Assembly (NCBI GenBank): GCA_022705345.1
Contig: JAKJEQ010000002.1
Coordinates: 1 to 44,212 of the forward strand
Source of the DNA: Planctomycetota bacterium
GTDB taxonomy: Bacteria > Planctomycetota > Phycisphaerae > Sedimentisphaerales > UBA12454
Length of the DNA stretch: 44,212 nt
Reading direction: 5' to 3'
The notes below the pieces were generated by a model that did not search any database, was not told the DNA's origin, and saw only the letters and a program-made list of their open reading frames with translations. This document shows, in pieces, positions 18,580 to 26,849 of the stretch (the first letter of the stretch is position 1; each line of letters starts with the position of its first letter). Both the position numbers and the translations under genes were made by a program.

Positions 18580-20022
18580 ATGAAAGAAAATACAGAAAAA
18601 AGCAACATAAATGAAGGCGGCTGCAAGCAAGTGCTCAAAATCGCGTTTCCGCTGATACTTAGCACATCGGCGATGACGCTGCAAATGTTTGTGGACAGAG
18701 TTTTTCTGATGTGGTTCGACCGCGACGCGATGAGCGGCGCGATGCTCGGCGGAATACTGAGTTTTGTTCCTTTCAGCTTGTTCCTGGGAACCGCGACATA
18801 CGCGAGCACCTTCGTATCCCAATACGACGGCGCCAAAATGCCGAACAGAATCGGACCTGCCGTCTGGCAAAGCGTTTATTTCTCCTTTGCTGCCGGTTTG
18901 ATAATGGCATGTTTTGCTTTATTCGACAAAAATTTGATTGCGATGGTAGGACACGAGCCGCAGATTGCACAATATGAGCTTGTTTACTTCAGGATTATGA
19001 TTCTGGGTTCTATGCCGGGAATCCTTGACTCGGCTCTTTCTTGCTTTTTAACCGGACGAGGAAAAACATGGACGGTAATGTGGATTAATTTATTCAAAAC
19101 CCTGGTCAACATTGTTCTTGATTATGCTCTAATTTTCGGGCATTTCGGTTTTCCCCGATGGGGAGTTGCCGGTGCGGCAGCGGCGACCGTAATAGCGAAT
19201 ATTTCGGCTTGCGCAATTTATTTAATTATTTTCTTTTTGCCCTCGAATCGAAGAGATTTTTTCACTTCAAATTATTTTTTCGACAAAGACCTTTTCGGCA
19301 GATTGATGAAATTTGGTTTTCCAAGCGGCGTTCAATTTATGCTCGACGTGCTCGGTTTTACTCTTTTTGTCGTTTTCATCGGCAGGATCGATCCGGTATC
19401 CTTCGCGGCTTCATCGATGGTATTTCAAATCAATATGTTAGCTTTTATGCCGATGATTGGTTTTGGAATGGCAACAACAATACTTGTGGGCAGGGAAATC
19501 GGAGCGGGAAAACCAGAGCTTGCGCAGAAGGCGACATGGTCTGCGGCTAAGCTGACTTTCGGTTATATGATTACTGTTGCGGTCAGTTATTGGCTTTTTC
19601 CTGATTTGTATTTCCTTCCTTTCAGCGCTGGAGCGGATCCTCAGCAGATGCAGGCGTTAAGGCCTATAGCAGTCGTATTGCTTTATTTCGTCAGCTTCTA
19701 TTGCATCTTCGATACGGGCAATATTATTTTTTCCGCGGCTCTTAAAGGCGCAGGCGATACGAGGTTTGTGATGTATGTATCGATATGGCTCAACTGGCTC
19801 ATTATGGTGATTCCAAGCTGGGCGGCGATAACTTATTTGCATGGAAGGGCACGCCTATTTGTCGCATGGGCAGCTCTGTCGGGCTATGTTTGTGCGCTTG
19901 CGGTTTTGTTTTTACTGCGGTTTTTATCAGGAAAATGGAAATCGATGCGCGTAATCGAAAAATCGCCCGGAATGCCTCCTGAATTGCCGGCTATGCCTGC
20001 GATTGAATCGGATATAGGCTAA
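18580..20022 (+). CDS. MATE-family efflux transporter
   Basis: 480 aa, about 12 hydrophobic helices, and MATE-style N-terminus (LKIAFPLILSTSAMTLQMFVDRVFL). Confidence 0.9.
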   Translation: MKENTEKSNINEGGCKQVLKIAFPLILSTSAMTLQMFVDRVFLMWFDRDAMSGAMLGGILSFVPFSLFLGTATYASTFVSQYDGAKMPNRIGPAVWQSVYFSFAAGLIMACFALFDKNLIAMVGHEPQIAQYELVYFRIMILGSMPGILDSALSCFLTGRGKTWTVMWINLFKTLVNIVLDYALIFGHFGFPRWGVAGAAAATVIANISACAIYLIIFFLPSNRRDFFTSNYFFDKDLFGRLMKFGFPSGVQFMLDVLGFTLFVVFIGRIDPVSFAASSMVFQINMLAFMPMIGFGMATTILVGREIGAGKPELAQKATWSAAKLTFGYMITVAVSYWLFPDLYFLPFSAGADPQQMQALRPIAVVLLYFVSFYCIFDTGNIIFSAALKGAGDTRFVMYVSIWLNWLIMVIPSWAAITYLHGRARLFVAWAALSGYVCALAVLFLLRFLSGKWKSMRVIEKSPGMPPELPAMPAIESDIG

Positions 20023-20310
20023 AGGTTTGTTGCAGTAAATAGTAAGCCTAATTTGTTAAAGTATAAAGGTTTATATTTTTTATCTTTTTTTATTTTTTTT
20101 ACTTGATTTATCAGACTTTTCGGTTATTATATCATTGGAGCAGGAGAATTCCTTTACACGCATAGTATGTCCTCATAGATTGTATTGAGACAGGCGAAGA
20201 ATGTTTATTGTACAGGGATTCTGTAAGCACATCATTTCTTCTCTCGTTTCCGGGTAAAGTTGCAGCAAGTTGGTTTTTAAACTGCTTGAAGAATTTTTCT
20301 GGAGAAGAAC

Positions 20311-21051
20311 ATGAGACGCACTTATTTATTTTTAACAATCATTTTATGCGCACTTTTATTTTCCTCGCCTTTGTTTGCTGTTCTGGAGTTAACCGCTGAA
20401 TGTACGATAGACTGGTCGTCTTTGACTATTACCAATATGGATAAAATCAACTGGGACGAAAAACATTCGGAAGTATTTATCGCGGCACTCGATGATTCCG
20501 GAATGGACAACCTTAATCGGGCAAGAGCCAAATGGTCAGATATAAGTGTTTCGAGTGAGTTAACCAATGCTTCGGCGGAAGCTATCGTTAACAATTCAGC
20601 GCCTATCGCAGCATCCCAGGTATATAGAACCGAACCGTTCTTAATTCTCCCTGAATCGTACGCAAGTTTCGTGAAGGGAGGATTCTTCACAGTAACTGAA
20701 GATTGCATCCTGACGTTTGCGGTAAATTATACTATATTCTATGAAGCATCTTTAGACCCGCACGAATATGAGGGCGATATTTATGCTTTCTCGGAGGTAT
20801 CATTAGATAATAATGACGACGAGTTGTATGAAGTGGCGGACTTTGAAATAGTCCATATTCATTTAAGTCAGGGGCATATCGAAGATACACTTAGCGGAAA
20901 GTTTATTGTTTCGGTCGCCTTTAACGCCGGTGATACAGGTTATTTTGGCGTAACAGGCCTAACAAATACATACTTTATGGAACTTCCTGAACCATCGACT
21001 ATTTGCATTTTAGGTTTTGGACTTTTAACTCTGATAGCTAAAAAGAAGTAA
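20311..21051 (+). CDS. PEP-CTERM domain secreted protein
   Basis: 246 aa with a signal peptide. C-terminus LPEPSTICILGFGLLTLIAKKK. Confidence 0.75.
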   Translation: MRRTYLFLTIILCALLFSSPLFAVLELTAECTIDWSSLTITNMDKINWDEKHSEVFIAALDDSGMDNLNRARAKWSDISVSSELTNASAEAIVNNSAPIAASQVYRTEPFLILPESYASFVKGGFFTVTEDCILTFAVNYTIFYEASLDPHEYEGDIYAFSEVSLDNNDDELYEVADFEIVHIHLSQGHIEDTLSGKFIVSVAFNAGDTGYFGVTGLTNTYFMELPEPSTICILGFGLLTLIAKKK

Positions 21052-21056
21052 GTTTA

Positions 21057-21235
21057 CTCAAACTGACCGATTTTGATAATGATATTTATATAACTCATTA
21101 TTTTCTAAATGATAACACACTTTATAATTTATGGTTTGAGATTGCTTCGTCGTCCCGAAGCGGGACTTCTCGCAATGACAAAAATGGCGTTTTTGTGTCA
21201 TTGCGAGGCGGTCTATCGGCTGTCTGGCAATGTGA
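21057..21235 (-). mobile_element. MITE-like element, copy C (inverted orientation, far end degenerate)
   Basis: Starts with the terminal repeat CTCAAACTGACCGATT. It aligns to the reverse complement of 22081-22283 and 30317-30520 through ...GTCATTGCGAGG, then diverges and lacks the second terminal repeat. Confidence 0.75.
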
Positions 21236-21265
21236 ATTTTAAAATTTTTTTAAGGAGAAACTCAA

Positions 21266-22009
21266 ATGAAACATCTGTTAGTTGGGATTTTAATGTTGGT
21301 TGCTGTAACTTCGGTCTTTGCTTTACCGTCGGACAATTTCGATGATAATTCAAGAAACGCGTCTGTGTGGAATTATTACGAGAGCGACGGCGCTACAGCC
21401 TGGATAGAGGAAATTAATGGGAGAATGGAATTTCGTTCAATAGCAGACGGCTTGGATATAGACGATGCCAAAGAAGCCGGCTATAGCTCGAATGGCTGGG
21501 GCCTTTCTGTAGAGGAAGACTTTTCTTTGAAAGTCGATTTTCATCATTTTGCAAATGATATGATTGACACAAGCATTTGTTTCGGGCTTTATACTGACCC
21601 TGAAAACAATCTTGCGATAGGCGCAGGTTGTTTCAGTAATGTTAAAGATTTATGGTATGAAATTTTAACGAATGATGAGGTAACTGAAGAATATTGTGAA
21701 GTGAGAACAGACGAGAGTGGTTCTTTTTATATTTCTTATGACGAATCTGAAGATGAATTATATCTTAGCGTTACAGGTTATGGACAAGCCAACGCCTGGA
21801 AAATCATCGATGGCTCTTCGCTTTGGGAAACTGATACAGTTGGAATATTTATGGGCGGGGATGCCTGCAACTCAACTATAGATTCAGGCAATGCGTGGTT
21901 GGATAACTTCGTTATTGATAGCGGAACGATTGTCATCATTCCCGAACCTGTTACTTTATCGATATTTGGTTTGGGCGCTTTGATATTATTTAGAAAACAA
22001 AATAAATAG
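21266..22009 (+). CDS. PEP-CTERM domain secreted protein
   Basis: 247 aa with signal peptide MKHLLVGILMLVAVTSVFA. C-terminus IPEPVTLSIFGLGALILFRKQNK. Confidence 0.75.
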   Translation: MKHLLVGILMLVAVTSVFALPSDNFDDNSRNASVWNYYESDGATAWIEEINGRMEFRSIADGLDIDDAKEAGYSSNGWGLSVEEDFSLKVDFHHFANDMIDTSICFGLYTDPENNLAIGAGCFSNVKDLWYEILTNDEVTEEYCEVRTDESGSFYISYDESEDELYLSVTGYGQANAWKIIDGSSLWETDTVGIFMGGDACNSTIDSGNAWLDNFVIDSGTIVIIPEPVTLSIFGLGALILFRKQNK

Positions 22010-22080
22010 ATTGAAGACTAACCAATGGCGCGTTTTGTCATTCTGAACCGGGCAAAGCTTAGTGAATTTCATGTGAATTG

Positions 22081-22283
22081 CTCAAACTGACCGATTCAGC
22101 GGTGGAGATTGCCGCGGCTGTCTGCGGACAGCCGCGCAATGACACACAAACGCCATTTCTGTCATTGCGAGAAGTCCCGTTTCGGGACGACGAAGCAATC
22201 TCAAACCATAAATAATAAAGTGTGTTATCATTTATTAAATGATGAGTTGTATAAATATCATTATCAAAATCGGTCAGTTTGAG
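22081..22283 (+). mobile_element. MITE-like element, copy B (complete, 203 bp)
   Basis: CTCAAACTGACCGATT at 22081 and its reverse complement AATCGGTCAGTTTGAG ending at 22283. Internal nested palindromes: GCTGTCTGCGGACAGC, CGCAATGACA..TGTCATTGCG, GTCCCGTTTCGGGAC. No coding capacity. Confidence 0.85.
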
Positions 22284-22301
22284 TTTTGAAAATGAAATTT
22301 T

Positions 22302-22932
22302 GTTCAGCGGATCTATAAGCCGGGTTCTGTCTCGCCCCGTTACTATTTGTACTGACTGACTGATTGGATAAAATGCGTTAGTAAAAAAGATAATCAGCAT
22401 CGAATCTAAAACGAGAACAATACAAATAGTAACGGGGTTAAGCGACCATTTCTCTGGGGTCGCCATTACTGGCGGCCTCAAGCAGCCTACCCGCTGAAGT
22501 AACGCTCGGGCCGAGCATTTCAGCATACTTGGCCTTGCAGACGGTGGGGTTTGCCGTGCCGATCCTGTCGCCAGAATCGCGGTGCGCTCTTACCGTCCTG
22601 CTTCGCTTACTTTCGTAAACTGGCAGGATTCATACTGTTTTGCTTGGAAGCTACGCAGGATGAACACCATTTCACCCTTACCAATTTGAAATCTCAAATT
22701 GGCGGTATACTTTCTGTTGCACTTTCCCGTCCCGCACTTACTTCATATTCTCGCAAAATGGATTTATTGCCAAAAGAATACCAAGTAAGTGCGGGAGGTG
22801 GCCGTTAGCCATCACCGTGCCCTGTTCTGCCCGGACTTTCCTCCCCGCACCTGCTCCGTATTCTTCTAAGAATCTATTACTTATTAAAAAGAATACCAAG
22901 CAGGTGCGGGGCGATCGCCCGACCCGCTGAAC
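22302..22932 (-). ncRNA. rnpB: RNase P RNA, bacterial type A core with large helix expansions (~631 nt)
   Basis: The reverse strand contains GGAAAGTCCGGGC (P4 5' strand), CAACAGAAAG, GGTAAGGGTGAAA, GGTAAGAGCGCACC, GGGTAGGCTGCTTGAGG and ACAGAACCCGGCTTATAG (P4 3' strand). The ends pair as GTTCAGCGG / CCGCTGAAC (P1). Confidence 0.85.
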
Positions 22933-23092
22933 AAAACTTTTTCATTCCCATTGAGTATACGTAAAAACAGCGAAATAAGCAATTTTAATATATAGACTTA
23001 AAAAGGTAATGAAAATCTTTTAATGTCTTTATTCTTGCAAAACAAGGGCTTATAGAATATAATACAACCTTGCAAAGATTTTTATAGGAGGG

Positions 23093-26000
23093 ATGATGAA
23101 GGAAAAACCGGTCTGTCGAGAGAAATGGATTCTAAATTTTCAAAAGCTTCTGACTGTTGCGGTCTGTCTTAGTTCTTTAAGTCTGCCGCTATATGCGGCC
23201 GTTCCGGCATTTCCCGGAGCGGAAGGTTCGGGGCGATGGGTATTTGGCGGACGAGGCGGAGAAGTTTACGAAGTTACAAACCTGAATAACAGCGGCCCCG
23301 GCTCTATTGTCGATGCGCTTAGCCAACCCAACAGAACGATCGTCTTCAGAGTCTCAGGAACGATAGAACTTGACGGAGTTAAGCTTTATCCGAAATCATA
23401 TACCACTATCGCGGGCCAAACAGCGCCAGGCGAAGGCATCTGCATAAAAGGCAGAATCCATCTTAAAGACGATGTGCACGATATAATTATTCGATACATT
23501 CGCGTCCGTGTTGACGAAGGGGCGGCAAACTCCAGCGGCGACGCAATCGATATGGATGAATGCTTCAATGTAATAATCGACCATGTTACCGCATCGTACT
23601 CTCGCGATGAGGGCATTTCCTGCCAGGAAGATTCTGATCACATTACAGTTCAATGGTGCATCATCAGCGAATCGCTGACTTATGAAGATCACAGCTATGG
23701 GTCGCTGGTTCGCGGTCAGTTCGGGCAGAGGAAAACATATCATCACAATCTTTACGCTCACAACAAAGGCAGAAATCCAAGACCTGGAAATTATCTGGCC
23801 TCAACTTTAGACCGACAGGGCCTATATTTCGATTTTAGAAATAATGTGATGTACAACTGGTCCGGCAATTACGCGGGATACAATGACGATACGTCAACGA
23901 TCAGCAGGTACAACATCATAGGAAACGTTTTTATTCGCGGCCCAGAATCGGGTCATTCCTACGGTGATGTAGGCTTTCGCGAAAAATGCAAAGTTGGTTA
24001 CGGGTATTTTGCGGATAACTCTTATGACGGGATTGTCTCTGCTAATCCGTGGAGCATAGTTTATTTTGCAGGCATGAGCGATGCCGAGATTGCCGCATAT
24101 AAAAATCGTTCTTACCGTTTGCCGATGGAGTATGTAACTACAACATCCGCTGCGCAGGCCGAAGCAGATGTACTCGAAAAAGCAGGCGCAAGTTTTCCAA
24201 AGCGCGACATCATCGACACTCGTATCGTAAACGATGTTATCAATAAGACGGGCCATTCGATATCGACAACCGAAATGCAGCCCGAAGGCGCATGGCCCCA
24301 GCTTGCTTCGATTGACGCTCCGCAAGACAACGACCATGATGGAATGCCTGATATCTGGGAGGTTCTTTACGGCCTTGATTATCATAACCCCGAAGACCGC
24401 AATTATTACGATCTAAATAATGATTATACCAATCTTGAAGTTTACCTTAATAATCTTGTTGGAAGTATGGCGCCGTGTGTCTGGAACGGGACGTTTGGCG
24501 GCAGTTCCAATTCAAACGATTATGCGGTTGATATCGCTTCAGACGTAAGAGGAAATGTGTTTGTAACAGGATATGCGAAAAACGCGGGAACAAATTATGA
24601 TATTGTAACAATCAAATATCATCCTGATGGAACGCCTCTCTGGTCGCAAAGTTACAATCGCACCGGTTCGAGTAACGATTATGCTCAGGCGGTAACAATC
24701 GACAACGGAAGCGCAATTGTCGCGGGGTATAACTATACGAGCTATTATGGTTATGATGCGGTAATTTTAAAATATGCCTCTCTTGGTTCGCAGATTTTCA
24801 AGTCGGTATATAATTCTGCCGGCACGAACGATGACAAGTTTTTTGATGTTGAGGCCGATGCGGAAGGAAATATTTACGCGGTAGGAATTACAAACCATAA
24901 CTGGCTGATAATTAAATATGCGTCGGACGGAAGAATTCTCTGGACACAAACTTACAACGGCTCAGCAAACGCATACGATGCGCTATACAAAGTCGCTGTT
25001 GACGGCACAGGAAATGTTTATGTATGCGGAGAGGTTTCGCAAAGCAGTTACGGGCGAAACTGTGCGGTCGCAAAATATTCTTCCGCCGGAACGCAGCTTT
25101 GGATAAGAACATACGGCGACTTCGATAATGATTTTCTTGAGTCGATGGTTCTTGACAACAGCGGCAATGTTTATGTTACCGGCTCAATGGAAAACTATAC
25201 AGATTGCGATTACGTTACTTTGAAATACTCCGCTAACGGTCAATTGCTTTGGGATTCTTATTACGATTGTATTGGATGGGATGAAGCAATCGATATCGCA
25301 CTTAGCTGCGATGGAGATGTTGTTGTTACAGGATACAGTTTCGGGGAGAACGTCGATTCGGCGACGGTAAAATACGATTCAGAGACCGGCGAGCAAGTCT
25401 GGGTCCGGCGGTATAACGGCAGCGGCAATTCAACGGATTATACTGAAGCAATAGCGGCCGACAAATTCGGGAATATTTTTGTGCACGGCAAAAGCTGCGA
25501 AATCGGGTCAACAGATTATATCACCATCTGCTATGACTTAGAGGGCAATATAAAATGGAAAAATAACTATAACGGAGCCGCTTCGCTGTCCGATTTGGGT
25601 TTAGCAATGGTTGTTGTCGAAAGGGCAGAGGAAATCAAAAGCAGCGTTTATGTTACCGGCAGCAGTCAGGTTTCCGGCTCGAATTATGATTATTTGACTT
25701 TAAAGTACAGAGCGGAGAATTCCGGCGTTTCTTATCCGTGTTATACGCCTCCGGCCGGGGATTTGAATGCTGATTGCAAAGTTACTTTTGAAGACTGCTC
25801 TCTTTTTGCCTGGAATTGGCTTTATACGATTACCGGCGGAATTGAGCAGTATATGGTCGCAGCCTGGGGAGATAATGAATATGGACAAGCCGCGAGTTTG
25901 TCCGGAAATGAATTTGTTGCGGTTTCAGCGGGAACCGCTCACAGCCTTGCCTTGAAAAAGGATGGAACGATTGTGGGCTGGGGCTTAAACGATTCAGAGC

Positions 26001-26494
26001 AAAATATTCCCGAAGGAAACGACTTCAAAGCCGTGGCCGCAAGTTATTCGCACAGTCTTGCTCTTAAAAATGACGGGACTATCGTAGGCTGGGGAAATCC
26101 ATATTGTCTGGAAGGTCTGCCCGACGGAAATGATTTTATTGCTATTTCTTCTTCGGGTTATCATAGCCTGGCTTTACGAAAAAATGGAACTATCGCGGCA
26201 TGGGGAGACAGCGCAAACGCCTGGGGACAGTTAGACGTTCCGGACTCTAACGATTTCAAAGCAATCGCCGCAGGATGGTCATATAGTGTCGCGCTTAAAA
26301 ACGACGGCAGTATTTGCGCCTGGGGATATAACGAAGAGGGTGAAACAAATGTTCCCGCTGGCAATGATTACATAGCGATAGCCGCTTATTCGCTTGGCGG
26401 AATAGCTCTGAAGTCTGACGGCTCTATCGTGAGATGGGGGAGCAATAATTATGAGCCTCCTGCCGGAAACGATTTTACGGCTATTGCGGCATGA
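23093..26494 (+). CDS. Giant secreted multidomain protein: pectate-lyase-like domain + SBBP beta-propeller repeats + dockerin-like motif + RCC1-like repeats, ending at an in-frame TGA
   Basis: Signal peptide. N-terminal AFPGAEGSGRWVFGGRGGEVYEVTNLNNSGPGS is PL1-type. There are many Y/W..YNG...D.A..V..D..GN.YVTG repeats (SBBP-like), a GDLNADCKVTFEDCSLFAWNW motif, then repeats of the form DF.A(I/V)AA...HSLAL(K).DG(T/S)I..WG. Confidence 0.8.
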   Translation: MMKEKPVCREKWILNFQKLLTVAVCLSSLSLPLYAAVPAFPGAEGSGRWVFGGRGGEVYEVTNLNNSGPGSIVDALSQPNRTIVFRVSGTIELDGVKLYPKSYTTIAGQTAPGEGICIKGRIHLKDDVHDIIIRYIRVRVDEGAANSSGDAIDMDECFNVIIDHVTASYSRDEGISCQEDSDHITVQWCIISESLTYEDHSYGSLVRGQFGQRKTYHHNLYAHNKGRNPRPGNYLASTLDRQGLYFDFRNNVMYNWSGNYAGYNDDTSTISRYNIIGNVFIRGPESGHSYGDVGFREKCKVGYGYFADNSYDGIVSANPWSIVYFAGMSDAEIAAYKNRSYRLPMEYVTTTSAAQAEADVLEKAGASFPKRDIIDTRIVNDVINKTGHSISTTEMQPEGAWPQLASIDAPQDNDHDGMPDIWEVLYGLDYHNPEDRNYYDLNNDYTNLEVYLNNLVGSMAPCVWNGTFGGSSNSNDYAVDIASDVRGNVFVTGYAKNAGTNYDIVTIKYHPDGTPLWSQSYNRTGSSNDYAQAVTIDNGSAIVAGYNYTSYYGYDAVILKYASLGSQIFKSVYNSAGTNDDKFFDVEADAEGNIYAVGITNHNWLIIKYASDGRILWTQTYNGSANAYDALYKVAVDGTGNVYVCGEVSQSSYGRNCAVAKYSSAGTQLWIRTYGDFDNDFLESMVLDNSGNVYVTGSMENYTDCDYVTLKYSANGQLLWDSYYDCIGWDEAIDIALSCDGDVVVTGYSFGENVDSATVKYDSETGEQVWVRRYNGSGNSTDYTEAIAADKFGNIFVHGKSCEIGSTDYITICYDLEGNIKWKNNYNGAASLSDLGLAMVVVERAEEIKSSVYVTGSSQVSGSNYDYLTLKYRAENSGVSYPCYTPPAGDLNADCKVTFEDCSLFAWNWLYTITGGIEQYMVAAWGDNEYGQAASLSGNEFVAVSAGTAHSLALKKDGTIVGWGLNDSEQNIPEGNDFKAVAASYSHSLALKNDGTIVGWGNPYCLEGLPDGNDFIAISSSGYHSLALRKNGTIAAWGDSANAWGQLDVPDSNDFKAIAAGWSYSVALKNDGSICAWGYNEEGETNVPAGNDYIAIAAYSLGGIALKSDGSIVRWGSNNYEPPAGNDFTAIAA

Positions 26495-26758
26495 CGGATG
26501 TTTAAGGTCGCTCTAAAATCCGACGGCTCGTTAGTCACATGGGGAGACGCCTATAACGGATGGCTGACTCCGCCAGAAGGAAATACCTACGTTTCAATTA
26601 GCGCCGGAGACAATCATGCGCTTGCGCTTCGCGCTGTAAATCAGCAAGCTGATTTTAACACCGATAATCACATTGACTTGTTTGATCTTGCTGTAATCGG
26701 CCAGAATTGGCTTGATTGCGGTTTAGTTATTCAGGAAAACTGCTGGCAGCTAAAGTAG
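26495..26758 (+). CDS. In-frame continuation of the preceding gene (last RCC1-like repeats plus a second dockerin-like motif)
   Basis: Same reading frame as 23093-26494. FKVALKSDGSLVTWGD... completes the repeat cut by the TGA at 26492-26494. It ends with DFNTDNHIDLFDLAVIGQNWLDCG. Confidence 0.7.
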   Translation, partial: RMFKVALKSDGSLVTWGDAYNGWLTPPEGNTYVSISAGDNHALALRAVNQQADFNTDNHIDLFDLAVIGQNWLDCGLVIQENCWQLK

Positions 26759-26849
26759 AATAATCAAATTGTGATTTTCGGATAACATTAAAGAGAGCAG
26801 AGGGGCTGCTTATATATTTACATATCTAATTTTTCTTGAGGAGGATGCT

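Noticed and set aside
21109-21345. ORF 21109-21345 (+), 78 aa
   Set aside because: It starts inside MITE copy C and overlaps the start of the PEP-CTERM gene out of frame. Its translation is the usual repeat-derived pseudo-peptide (..LLRRPEAGLLAMTK..).
22059-22808. ORFs 22059-22526 (-) and 22551-22808 (+) from the six-frame track
   Set aside because: They lie entirely over MITE copy B and the RNase P RNA gene. The translations are low-complexity, and the region is fully explained by non-coding features.
26492-26494. Genome-wide UGA reassignment or selenocysteine at the in-frame TGA
   Set aside because: TGA terminates other well-defined ORFs in the window (for example at 4896-4898 and 5111-5113). 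The codon lies in a repeat position normally occupied by Ser, Gly or Tyr. I saw no SECIS-like hairpin immediately downstream.
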